A model generated the notes under the pieces. That model did not search any database. It saw only the letters and a list, made by a program, of their open reading frames with translations, and was not told where the DNA came from. A stretch of DNA of 64,000 bases, taken from assembly GCA_963771175.1 (NCBI GenBank), contig CAVYSY010000033.1, forward strand, positions 512,001 to 576,000, in the 5' to 3' direction. The stretch's first letter is position 1, and each line of letters begins with the position of its first letter. This document shows positions 51,838 through 61,052 of the stretch, in pieces. A program made the position numbers and the translations under genes. This DNA is from an uncultured delta proteobacterium (GTDB taxonomy: Bacteria; Myxococcota; Myxococcia; Myxococcales; Myxococcaceae).

Positions 51838-53418
51838 ATGTCGGAGGCTCCTCCACTCGAGCGACTCGTCACCGCGCTCCGCGACCCACGTCGCTACGCC
51901 CATCCCGTCGACCGCGTCGAGGTGCTCGAGACGCATATCTCTCTCGTTCTGCTGGCCGGCGAGCATGCGTACAAGCTGAAGAAGCCACTCGACCTCGGCT
52001 TCCTCGACTTCAGCACGCTCGAGAAGCGCCGGGTGGCCTGTGAGGCGGAGCTCCTGCTCAACCGCCGCACCGCGCCGATGCTCTACATCGATGTCATCCC
52101 CATCGGTGGTACGCACGACGACCCGCTCCTCGGCGCGGAGCCCGCGATCGAATACGCGGTGAAGATGTGGCGCTTCGAACAGGACAACCTGCTCGACCGG
52201 GTGGCGGCGCGCGGGGCCTTGACCCCCGCGCACCTCGAGGCGCTCGCGTCCGATCTCGCCGGGTTCCATGCGAGGGCCCCCTTCGCGGAGGGCCCCCTGC
52301 CCTACGGCCACCCCGAGCAGCTCTTCGCTCTCGCGGAGCAGAACTTCTCGCAGCTCGAGGAGTTGGTCGAGGCGGTGCACGAGCGCGAGGCCCTCGAGCG
52401 CCTGCGCCACTGGACCGAACGGACGTACGCGCGATTGCACGAGACCTTCGCGGCACGGCGCGCGGCCGGGCGCGTGCGCGAGTGCCACGGGGACCTGCAC
52501 CTCGGCAACCTCGTGCTGGTGGAGGGACGGGCCGTCGCGTTCGACTGCATCGAGTTCAACGCGGACCTGCGCTGGAGCGACGTGATGAGCGAGATCGCCT
52601 TCCTGGTCATGGACCTCCTCGACCACGGCCATCACGCGCTCGCGCACCGGTTCCTCGACGCATACCTCGCCGCGACCGGCGACTACGAAGGGCTCGCCGT
52701 GCTGCCCTTCTACCTCGTGTATCGCGCCATGGTGCGGGCCAAGATCGCCTGCATCCGCGAGCACCAGCCAGGACTCGACCCGCACGGCCGCACGCGCGCC
52801 GACGCGGAGTATCACGACTACCTGCGCCTCGCGGAGACGTCGAGCGCGCCAGGCCGCCCCGGGCTCGTCCTCATGCACGGGGTGTCGGCGTCGGGGAAGA
52901 GCTTCACGGCGCTGCGGCTCGTCGAGCGTGCCGGCGCCATCCGCGTGCGCTCGGACCTCGAGCGCAAGCGGCTCCACGGTCTGGAGTGGAATGCATCCAC
53001 GGGAAGCGCGCTCGAAGCGGGCCTGTATGGTCGTGAGGTGAGCCGCCGCACCTATGAGCGCCTCGCCGAGCTCGCGGGAGCGATTCTCGATGCGGGCTAT
53101 CTCGCGGTGATCGACGCCACGTTCCTGCGCCGGGACCAACGTGAGCTGTTCAGGCGCATCGCCGCCAGCCGGCGGGTGCCTTTCGCGATCGTCTCGTGCA
53201 CGGCGGAGGAGGCGACGCTGCGCCGGCGGCTCGAAACGCGGAGCACCTCGAGGGCCGATCCTTCCGAGGCCACGCTCGCCGTGCTCGAGCATCAGCTCGT
53301 CACCCAGGAGCCCCTCACGGATGCCGAGCAGCCCGAGACGCTCGTCGTCGACACGACCACCTCGGACGAGCAGCTCGACAGGAGCCTGGCCGCTCTCGCG
53401 GCGAAGCTCGGTCGATGA
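51838..53418 (+). CDS. Bifunctional aminoglycoside-phosphotransferase-like / P-loop kinase (AAA_33) protein
   Basis: ETHIS, YKLKKP, ECHGDLHLGN, FDCIEF; GVSASGKS, RSDLERK, DATF, SEA. Confidence 0.9.
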   Translation: MSEAPPLERLVTALRDPRRYAHPVDRVEVLETHISLVLLAGEHAYKLKKPLDLGFLDFSTLEKRRVACEAELLLNRRTAPMLYIDVIPIGGTHDDPLLGAEPAIEYAVKMWRFEQDNLLDRVAARGALTPAHLEALASDLAGFHARAPFAEGPLPYGHPEQLFALAEQNFSQLEELVEAVHEREALERLRHWTERTYARLHETFAARRAAGRVRECHGDLHLGNLVLVEGRAVAFDCIEFNADLRWSDVMSEIAFLVMDLLDHGHHALAHRFLDAYLAATGDYEGLAVLPFYLVYRAMVRAKIACIREHQPGLDPHGRTRADAEYHDYLRLAETSSAPGRPGLVLMHGVSASGKSFTALRLVERAGAIRVRSDLERKRLHGLEWNASTGSALEAGLYGREVSRRTYERLAELAGAILDAGYLAVIDATFLRRDQRELFRRIAASRRVPFAIVSCTAEEATLRRRLETRSTSRADPSEATLAVLEHQLVTQEPLTDAEQPETLVVDTTTSDEQLDRSLAALAAKLGR

Positions 53419-53457
53419 AAAAGAAAAGGGCCCCTGGTTCCGAAGAACCTGGGGCCC
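53418..53457 (-). terminator. Intrinsic terminator for the Ala/Lys-rich gene
   Basis: GGGCCCC-A-GGTTC / GAACC-A-GGGGCCC stem with TTCG loop, followed by TTTTCTTTTT on the minus strand. Confidence 0.8.
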
Positions 53458-53503
53458 TCCTCCGCACGCGCATGAGGGAGCTGCTGGCGGAGCGAACAGG
53501 GCG

Positions 53504-54172
53504 TTACTGCGCGCTGGCCTCGGCGGCGATGGCCTGCGAGGCGGCGGCCTTGGCCTCCTCGGACGTCTTCAGCCCGGCGGCCTTGGCCGCCTCGGCCTTG
53601 GCGAGCGCCTCCTGCTTCTTGCCGCTCTCGGCCTTGGCCTTCTCGGCAGCCTTCCTCGCGGCCTCGGCCTTCTTCTGAGCGGCCTTGGCGGCGGCCTCGG
53701 CCTTCTTCTTCTTGCCCGCGTCGGTCTCGGCGCCAGCATCGGTGGACAGCTTCGCGGCGTTGGCCTCGGACTCAGCGGCCTTCGCCTCCGTCTCGTCGGC
53801 CTTCTTCTTCGCGGACTCGGCGAGCTTCGCCGCCTTCGCCGCGTCGGCCTCGGCCTTCTTCGAGGCGCGCTCGGCGGCCTGGGCGGCCTTCTTCGCGGCC
53901 TGGGCGGCCTTCTTCGCGTCCTGCTTCGACAGCGCCGTGGCCTTCATCTCCTCGCCCTTGGCCTTGTCGCCGGCGGGAGCCTCGGCCTTCTTCTCCTCTG
54001 CCTTGGCCTTGTCGCCGGCGGGAGCCTCGGCCTTCTTCTCCTCTGCCTTGCCCTGGGCGTGGGCGGGAGCCTCGGCCTTCTTCTCCTCTGCCTTGCCCTG
54101 GGCGTGGGCGGCGTGCGCGGTGCCGAGCGTCAGAGCGAGCGTCATCAGGCCAATGCTGCGAGAAATCCGCAT
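53504..54172 (-). CDS. Secreted Ala/Lys/Glu-rich low-complexity protein
   Basis: GAGGAG RBS, signal peptide ending AHA, repeats, own terminator. Confidence 0.75.
   Translation of the reverse strand: MRISRSIGLMTLALTLGTAHAAHAQGKAEEKKAEAPAHAQGKAEEKKAEAPAGDKAKAEEKKAEAPAGDKAKGEEMKATALSKQDAKKAAQAAKKAAQAAERASKKAEADAAKAAKLAESAKKKADETEAKAAESEANAAKLSTDAGAETDAGKKKKAEAAAKAAQKKAEAARKAAEKAKAESGKKQEALAKAEAAKAAGLKTSEEAKAAASQAIAAEASAQ
53948..54112 (-). repeat. About 3.5 tandem 45-bp coding repeats
   Basis: AHAQGKAEEKKAEAP twice, AGDKAKAEEKKAEAP, then partial AGDKAKGEE; near-identical at DNA level. Confidence 0.85.
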
Positions 54173-54437
54173 GTATCGTCTCCTCAGATAAGGGCGGGGT
54201 GCGGCTGTCCGGGTCTCGGAGCGGCCCCCAAACCAAGTGCCCAGAATATACGAAGCAACCAGAAGAGAAAGTTACCAGGTGGTTGCTCGTGGAGCAGGCA
54301 GGCCCTGAAGGGCGTTTGGTGTTTTTTTGATTTGAATCCAAAGGTTCTGGCGCATGGAGAGGGGCGGTGCATGGCGAGGAGCCCTTGGACTTGAGCTCGC
54401 CGTGGGCGTACCAGCGCCAGAGGGCGGCGACAGGCGC

Positions 54438-54932
54438 CTACGGCTTGTCGACGCGATCGGCGAAACGTTCGAGCAATGAGGTGAGCACGGCGACCTCGGT
54501 GGCATCCCAGCCCTCGAGGAGACGGGCGATCATCTTGTCACCCTGTTCGAAGAGGCGCTCGGCCACGGCGACGCCCTCCACGGTCAGCACGATCATCGAG
54601 GCCCGCGCATCCTGGGGATCCGCCACACGATGCACCAGACCGCCATCGACCAGCCGCGCGACGGTCCTGCTCACGGTCGGCGGCGACACCCGCAGCTTCT
54701 GGGCGAGCAGGCTCGGGCGCACCGGCCCGCTCTGGCCCAGGGTGAACAGAACAGACACGTCGGCCGGGTCGATGGTGAGGCCGGCATCCGATGCCACGGC
54801 GGCCTGGGTGGCGAGGGAGGTCCAGTGGGTGACGACGCGCACCAGCGACGTCAGCAGCGGGGAGTCGAAGGGCCGCACCCTCCCGGCCTTCACCCGCTTG
54901 GACGGGGCTATCGGATCGACTCGTCGCGCCAT
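54438..54932 (-). CDS. MarR-family regulator
   Basis: LAQKLRVSPPTVSRTVARL-x3-GLV-x-R-x2-DPQDAR-x5-LT-x2-G. Confidence 0.9.
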   Translation of the reverse strand: MARRVDPIAPSKRVKAGRVRPFDSPLLTSLVRVVTHWTSLATQAAVASDAGLTIDPADVSVLFTLGQSGPVRPSLLAQKLRVSPPTVSRTVARLVDGGLVHRVADPQDARASMIVLTVEGVAVAERLFEQGDKMIARLLEGWDATEVAVLTSLLERFADRVDKP

Positions 54933-54986
54933 CTCCAGTCTCCTTTCACGGCTCGTCGTCGAGGACAGGCAGAATACATCCCCTAG

Positions 54987-55007
54987 ATACTTTCATGATG
55001 GAAGTAT
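54987..55007. promoter_or_regulatory. Inverted repeat, probable MarR operator
   Basis: ATACTTTCAT-G-ATGGAAGTAT, 10-bp arms with one mismatch, between marR and the divergent oxidoreductase. Confidence 0.65.
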
Positions 55008-55068
55008 ATTCTCCCTGTCAACGCAGCCCGGAAACCCCGTGGTCTGTGTGGCTCAAGCCCGGGAGACG

Positions 55069-56280
55069 ATGATGACGACCCCCAGAACGCAGCCCACCCC
55101 GGACGCCCTCTCCCCTGCCCAGCTCGGCCCGGTGACCCTGCGAAACCGCGTCATCAAGTCGGCCACCTTCGAGGGCAAGGCACCGGGCGCTCTCGTCAGC
55201 GACGAGCTCATCGACTTCCACGTCGCCGTCGGCGAGGGCGGCGTCGGCATGACGACCGTCGCGTACTGCGCCGTCGCGCCCGAGGGCCGTACCGAGCTCA
55301 ACCAGATCTACTGGCGGCCTGAAGCATTGCCCGGCCTGCGGAAGCTGACGGATGCCGTGCACAAGACCGGCGCGAAGGTCTCGGCCCAGATCGGCCACGC
55401 CGGCCCCGTCGCCAACGCGGCCTCGACGAAGATGACCGCGCTCTCGCCCACCCGCATGTTCAGCCCCCAGGCGATGGCCTTCGTCAAGGCCGCCGACGAG
55501 GACGACATCAAGCGCATCATCGCCGCGCACGCCGATGCGGCCTGGCACGCCCACGAGGTTGGCTTCGACGCGGTCGAGGTGCACTTCGGCCACAACTACC
55601 TCCTGAGCTCATTCCTCAGCCCCGCGATCAACCGCCGCACCGACTCGTGGGGCGGCAGCCTCGAGAACCGGGCACGCTTCGCACGTCTCATCGCGGAGGC
55701 CATCCGGGAACGGGTCGGGAACAAGCTCGCGGTGCTTGCCAAGGTGAACATGGACGACGGCGTCGAGGGCGGTTTCACGACGAACGAGTCGCTCCCCTTC
55801 GCGAAGATGCTCGAGGCCGACGGTCACCTCGACGCCCTCGAACTGACCGGCGGCTCATCCCTGAAGAACCCGATGTACCTCTTCAGAGGCGACGTGCCGA
55901 TCAAGGAGATGGCCGACAGCCAGGGTCCGCTGCTCAACCTGGGCCTGCGGGTCTTCGGCGGGTTCCTCTTCAAGAGCTACCCCTACGAGCGCACCTACTT
56001 CCTCGAGCTGGCGCGCCAGTTCCGCGCCGAGCTCCACATGCCACTCATCCTGCTCGGCGGCATCACCGATGCGGCCGCGATGGACACCGCGATGAGCGAG
56101 GGCTTCGAGTTCGTCGCCATGGGCCGTGCCCTGCTGCGCGAACCCGATCTGATCAACAAGATCAGGGCCGACCGCGGCACCCAGTCGAAGTGCACCCACT
56201 GCAACCGCTGCGTCGCCACCATCTTCAGCGGAACCCACTGCCCCCTCATCCAGGAGGAGGCCCAGGCTCCCGCGCGGTAG
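55069..56280 (+). CDS. NADH:flavin oxidoreductase (Old Yellow Enzyme family)
   Basis: LRNRVIKSATFEG, QIGHAG, GFDAVEVHFGHNYLLSSFLSP-x2-N-x-R-x-D-x-WGGSLENR, CTHCNRC tail. Confidence 0.92.
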   Translation: MMTTPRTQPTPDALSPAQLGPVTLRNRVIKSATFEGKAPGALVSDELIDFHVAVGEGGVGMTTVAYCAVAPEGRTELNQIYWRPEALPGLRKLTDAVHKTGAKVSAQIGHAGPVANAASTKMTALSPTRMFSPQAMAFVKAADEDDIKRIIAAHADAAWHAHEVGFDAVEVHFGHNYLLSSFLSPAINRRTDSWGGSLENRARFARLIAEAIRERVGNKLAVLAKVNMDDGVEGGFTTNESLPFAKMLEADGHLDALELTGGSSLKNPMYLFRGDVPIKEMADSQGPLLNLGLRVFGGFLFKSYPYERTYFLELARQFRAELHMPLILLGGITDAAAMDTAMSEGFEFVAMGRALLREPDLINKIRADRGTQSKCTHCNRCVATIFSGTHCPLIQEEAQAPAR

Positions 56281-56330
56281 CAGTCGGATGTGGCTGACGA
56301 TGTGACGGCTGACCCAGAAACGAGGAACCC

Positions 56331-57281
56331 ATGGCCCCCTGGAGCGAAAAAGACATCCCCGATCTCACCGGCAAGCGCGCGCTCGTCACCGGTGGCGCCA
56401 GCGGCATCGGGTACGAGGCTGCCCGGGCACTGGCCCAGGCGGGCGCCGAAGTGCTCATCGCGGATCGCAACGAAGTCGCGGCCCGGGAAGCCCTGCAGAA
56501 GATCCGGGCCCTGAAGGCCGATGCGCGGGTCGATTTCCTGCCGTTGGATCTGAGCAGTCAGAATGCGGTGAAGACCTTCTCCGCCAGTCTTCTGGCCGAG
56601 GGAAAACCGCTGGACCTGCTGATCAACAACGCCGGAATCCAGCCCTTGAGCACCCGCCGCACTTCCGCCGACGGCTACGAGCTGACCTTCGGCATCGGCC
56701 ACCTCGGCCACTTCACGTTGACCGGACTCTTGCTGCCCCTGCTCCTGGCGGCGCCAAGGCCCCGTGTCGTCACCGTGTCGAGCATGATGCACGCCCAGGG
56801 CTCTTTCGATTGGGATGACCTGCAGATGGAGCGTGGCTACACGTCGCAGCGCCCCTACAACCAGACCAAGCTCGCCAACCTGCTGTTTGCCCGGGAGCTG
56901 CAGCGCAGGGTCGACGCCGCAGGCAAGAAGCTGCTCAGCGTCGCGGTGCATCCGGGCGTGGCGAAAACGAACATCGGCACCAATCGCCGCAACCTCGGGC
57001 GCTTTGGTTTGATGGATCATCTCGTCGACACAATGATTTCCATCATGAACACGCTCTGGGGTCAGTCCGCCCAGGGCGGCGCCCTCCCCACGCTCTACGC
57101 CGCCACAACACCCGACGTGCAGGGCGGAGGGTTCTATGGACCCGACGGGTTCCGCGAAATGAAGGGCTCGCCTGCGCCAGCGAAGCTCAAGGCCTCCGCC
57201 CAGGACATGGACGTCGCCAAACGCCTCTGGGAAGTCTCCGAAGAGCTCACGGGCATTCGTTACGAGGCCCTTTCTCGGTAG
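56331..57281 (+). CDS. SDR oxidoreductase (retinol-dehydrogenase-like)
   Basis: TGGASGIG, NNAG, HLGHF, YNQTK, HPG, RLWEVSEELTG. Confidence 0.92.
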   Translation: MAPWSEKDIPDLTGKRALVTGGASGIGYEAARALAQAGAEVLIADRNEVAAREALQKIRALKADARVDFLPLDLSSQNAVKTFSASLLAEGKPLDLLINNAGIQPLSTRRTSADGYELTFGIGHLGHFTLTGLLLPLLLAAPRPRVVTVSSMMHAQGSFDWDDLQMERGYTSQRPYNQTKLANLLFARELQRRVDAAGKKLLSVAVHPGVAKTNIGTNRRNLGRFGLMDHLVDTMISIMNTLWGQSAQGGALPTLYAATTPDVQGGGFYGPDGFREMKGSPAPAKLKASAQDMDVAKRLWEVSEELTGIRYEALSR

Positions 57282-57722
57282 CATCAGCATGCCAACGACT
57301 CTCTTTTCTTCCAAGACTTTGGCAATCTCTCTTCTTCCAAGGCTCTGGTAATAATACGGGGTGGTGCTGGAGAGGCTCGGAATCGGGACGACCGGGTTCG
57401 AGTCTGGGGTTGACGGAGTAAGCAGCGTTGTGGCCGGGCCCAGCTTGCCTGTCTTCGTCATACTTCGTAATATCATCATCTTACTTTGTAATACTTTAGG
57501 ACCAAACATCTGACCCGGGGTCAATCCATACACAGACCCCGTGGAATCTGTCGCAAGACAAGACACCCCGCTGAGGCGCGGTGACTTCGTCTGGAATCAA
57601 CGGGTTGGGCGGAGTGGATGTAAAGCCTGGGTACATTCAGGGCCGGGCGGGATGTGACATCCCTGCTCCAGTGCGAACGCCGGGAAGGTGAACGAGGGCA
57701 GGAATTCCAACGCTTTATAGGT

Positions 57723-57738
57723 TGGCCTGTTTCCTGCT
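57723..57738 (+). promoter_or_regulatory. Putative sigma54 promoter for the second M4 peptidase
   Basis: TGGCCTGTTTCCTGCT gives GG-N10-GC, about 60 nt upstream of the start. Confidence 0.5.
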
Positions 57739-57799
57739 TCACATCCCGGCATCCAACGGCACATCGCCGTCGGTCGGACAGGAAGGTATTCCCCCCGTG

Positions 57800-59695
57800 A
57801 TGCGTACTCGTTTCCTTACTGCTGCGTTGTTCGCCCTTCCCCTCGCCGCGTGCGAGGTCGACAACTCCCAACTCCCCGAGGGTGCCCAGAAGTTCGAGGA
57901 CGCCGACTCGCTCGGTGACGTGCAGGCCGCGCTCGCGGCGCTGCCCTCCGCCGAGATTGCTGGCGCGGACTCGAAGGACTTCCCCTTCATGATCCGCGGC
58001 AACCTCGGCACCGTCAGCGGCTCCGTGAAGGGCCTCGCGGCCGGTGACGCGCACGGTGGCGTGAGCCAGGCGCTGCCCGGCATCGCCGCCGTGTTCCGCC
58101 TGCAGGCCTCCGACCTGGTGGCCAAGCGCTCCAAGGTGGACGAGCAGGGCATCACCCACATCCGCTATGGCCAGACGAAGAACGGCCTGCCGGTGGTGAA
58201 CGAGGAACTCATCGTCCACGTGGCCGCCGACGGAGTCATCACCGCCGCCAACGGTACGGCGCGCGACGGGGAGCTCGTCCCCGCCAAGGCGACCATCTCC
58301 GCCGAGGCCGCCGTCGTCGCCGCGCTGAACGGCACCTCGGGCCGTCACCTCGCGTCCGAGGGGACCCGCCTGGTGTACATCCGCTCCAGCCAGGACAACC
58401 GGCTGAAGCTGGCCTACGAGGTGACGGTGACGGGCGAGGGTGAGGACATGCCCATCCGCGATCTCGTCTACGTGAGCGCGCTGAACGGCTCGCTGCTGGA
58501 GCGCAACTCGAAGATCCACACCGCACTCAACCGCAAGGTGTACAGCGCCAACAACGGCTCCTCCACTCCGGGTACGCTCAAGCGCTCCGAGGGCGGCGCG
58601 GCCACGGGCGACGCCCACGTCGACGGCAACTACGACAAGCTGGGTGGCACGTACAACTGCTACAAGAACAACTTCGGCCGCGACTCGTTCGACAACGCGG
58701 GCGCCACGCTCATCAGCACGGTGCACTACAGCAGCAACTACGTGAACGCCTACTGGGACGGCACCCAGATGGTGTACGGCGATGGCGACGGCGTGAACTC
58801 GGGCATGCTCGGTCTGTCCGCGGACGTGACCACGCACGAGCTCACCCACGCGGTGACGGAGCGCGAGTCCAACCTCACCTACTCGGGTGAGTCCGGCGGC
58901 CTCAACGAGGCGATGAGCGACATCTTCGGCGCCTACTGCGAGAGCTACGCCTCGGGCACCTGGGCCACCACCAACGCGGTGTTCATGGTCGGCGACGACA
59001 TCTGGACCCCGGCCACCTCGGGTGACGCGCTCCGCTACATGTACGACCCGGCCGCGGACGGCAGCTCGCTCGACTACTGGACGAGCAGCAGCGGCAGCTC
59101 TGACGTGCACTACAGCTCGGGCATCGCCAACCTGGCCTTCACCCTGCTGTCCAAGGGTGGCACGCACCCGCGCGGCAAGAGCACCATCAGCGTGACGGGC
59201 ATCGGCGTGGCGAAGGCCGGCGCCGTCTTCTACAAGGCCAACACGGACTACATGACGGCCTCCACCACCTTCGCCCAGGCGAAGACGTACTCCGAGCAGG
59301 CCGCGACGGCCCTCGGCTACACCACGGCGGAAGTCGCGTCCGTGACGGCGGCCTGGCAGGCGGTGGGCGTGGGCGTCGTGGTGGCCTCCACCCCGCTGAC
59401 CAATGGTGTGGCGAAGACGGGCCTGTCGGGTGCCTCGAGCTCCGTGGCCTACTACTACCTGGACGTGCCGGCCAGCAAGGCGTCCACGTTCACCATCAGC
59501 GGCGGCACGGGTGACGCGGACCTGTACGTGAAGGCGGGTTCCCAGCCGACCACGTCCTCGTACGACTGCCGTCCGTACAAGTCCGGCAACGCCGAGACGT
59601 GCAGCATCGCCGCGAAGACCGCGGCCACTCGCATCCACGTGATGCTGCGCGGCTACAGCACGTACTCCGGCGTCTCGCTCAAGGGCTCCTACTGA
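57800..59695 (+). CDS. M4 metalloprotease lipoprotein with one PPC domain (paralogue of 11250..13463)
   Basis: LAAC lipobox, NAYWDG, HELTH, GGLNEA-x-SD, VHYSSG, GDADLYV. Confidence 0.93.
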   Translation: MRTRFLTAALFALPLAACEVDNSQLPEGAQKFEDADSLGDVQAALAALPSAEIAGADSKDFPFMIRGNLGTVSGSVKGLAAGDAHGGVSQALPGIAAVFRLQASDLVAKRSKVDEQGITHIRYGQTKNGLPVVNEELIVHVAADGVITAANGTARDGELVPAKATISAEAAVVAALNGTSGRHLASEGTRLVYIRSSQDNRLKLAYEVTVTGEGEDMPIRDLVYVSALNGSLLERNSKIHTALNRKVYSANNGSSTPGTLKRSEGGAATGDAHVDGNYDKLGGTYNCYKNNFGRDSFDNAGATLISTVHYSSNYVNAYWDGTQMVYGDGDGVNSGMLGLSADVTTHELTHAVTERESNLTYSGESGGLNEAMSDIFGAYCESYASGTWATTNAVFMVGDDIWTPATSGDALRYMYDPAADGSSLDYWTSSSGSSDVHYSSGIANLAFTLLSKGGTHPRGKSTISVTGIGVAKAGAVFYKANTDYMTASTTFAQAKTYSEQAATALGYTTAEVASVTAAWQAVGVGVVVASTPLTNGVAKTGLSGASSSVAYYYLDVPASKASTFTISGGTGDADLYVKAGSQPTTSSYDCRPYKSGNAETCSIAAKTAATRIHVMLRGYSTYSGVSLKGSY

Positions 59696-59731
59696 GCGCG
59701 CTGACGTCGAACTCGCCCTGAGCTGAGCGGA

Positions 59732-59764
59732 CCCCTGGGAGGCAATGCCTCCCGGGGGCTTCGT
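59732..59764 (+). terminator. Terminator hairpin between convergent genes
   Basis: CCCCTGGGAGGC-AAT-GCCTCCCGGGGG followed by CTTCGTT. Confidence 0.65.
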
Positions 59765-59767
59765 TCC

Positions 59768-60844
59768 CTACGACTGCCAGTGGTGGAACTCCTGCTTCAG
59801 ATAGACGTTGCGGCAGAAGCGTCCCGTGCGGACCACGGACCTGCCCCACTCCTCGAGGCACGAGGGCAGCATCGCCGTGAGGGACTCCAGCTCGCGCAGG
59901 TGCACGCCCGAGCGCCTCGCGGCCTCGAACTCCGCCTCGGCCTCGCTCATCCCCAGCCGCATCAACAGGGTGAGCGCGTTGCTCTTCCCCTCGCGCGACT
60001 CCCGGTCGAAGCTGCGGATGTCGTTCGTCCAGCGCACCAACAGCCCCAGCTCGCGCAGGATGTCCTCGATCAGCGGATCCTCCGAGAGCTCGTGCTCGAC
60101 CTCGGGGGCGAGCACCACGAGCACGGCCGCGGCCCACATGGGCAGGGAGATGGTCCACTGCCCCGCCTGGAGGTAGTCCTCGAAGTCCGGCAGCATCCGC
60201 TGGCTCTGGAACAGGCGCTTGGTGCACAGCTCCACCTGATGGCCCGCGCACATCCGCCGGAAGTGCTCCCGCCAGAGCCAGCCGAAGCGCAGCGCGCCCG
60301 GAGCGGCCATCAGTTCCAGCGTCAGCTCCCTCAGGGCAGCCCCGATGCACTCCGCCTCGCCGCGCGCCGCCTCCCAGCGCTCGGTGTCAGGTGACTCCAC
60401 CGTCAGCAGGTAGCGGTCCATCATCCACAGGCGCTCGTCCTCCGTGAGCTCACCCAACTCCCCATCCGCGATGTCGTCGATGGCGAAGGTGAGGAGACCC
60501 ACCTTGGTGAGCAGCACGTTCTGCGCGAGGGTCGACCCCGGAATGGCGGCGACCGCCCCCGTCAGCGCGGTGGACTGCACCCGCGAGGTCGCGATGGCCG
60601 GAAACCGCTCACACCACTCCGCCAGCTCGGGCATCAGCCTGTTGCACAGCTCGAAGACCCGCGCCTGCGAGGCCTGGGGGAAGAGCTTGAACTCCTCGGC
60701 GGAATATTCGTTCTTCAGCGTCCGCGTGACCTCGAAGTGTTTGCCACGAACTCCCACGTCCGTGGGACCCGTGGACGCCACGCCCAGCGCGCTCATCGTC
60801 TCGTCAACGCTGAGGCGGGAGCGAGGCACGAAGGAACTGGTCAT
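59768..60844 (-). CDS. Class I terpene synthase, product unknown
   Basis: DDIAD Asp-rich motif and NSE motif NDIRSFDRE; GAGAGGG upstream. Confidence 0.8.
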   Translation of the reverse strand: MTSSFVPRSRLSVDETMSALGVASTGPTDVGVRGKHFEVTRTLKNEYSAEEFKLFPQASQARVFELCNRLMPELAEWCERFPAIATSRVQSTALTGAVAAIPGSTLAQNVLLTKVGLLTFAIDDIADGELGELTEDERLWMMDRYLLTVESPDTERWEAARGEAECIGAALRELTLELMAAPGALRFGWLWREHFRRMCAGHQVELCTKRLFQSQRMLPDFEDYLQAGQWTISLPMWAAAVLVVLAPEVEHELSEDPLIEDILRELGLLVRWTNDIRSFDRESREGKSNALTLLMRLGMSEAEAEFEAARRSGVHLRELESLTAMLPSCLEEWGRSVVRTGRFCRNVYLKQEFHHWQS

Positions 60845-61052
60845 CTCGAACCCTCTCGGGGGTGTGGTTTCAGACTCACCCTGTGACCCCTGCTCTCACA
60901 TTTCCCTCCCCAGTGCCAGAGGACTTTTACGGCACTGCGGGAAATGAAACCCCATCTACCTGACTGGATGGGTTGACTGCCCCCGGCCCCCATGACACTC
61001 CCGGCACGCACTGCGGGTGGGCTGGATTGGGCGCACCGTAAGGAGGGTACGG

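Noticed and set aside
51838..53418. Aminoglycoside resistance gene
   Set aside because: It belongs to the widespread APH-like/AAA_33 fusion family of unknown substrate. The fold alone does not imply resistance.
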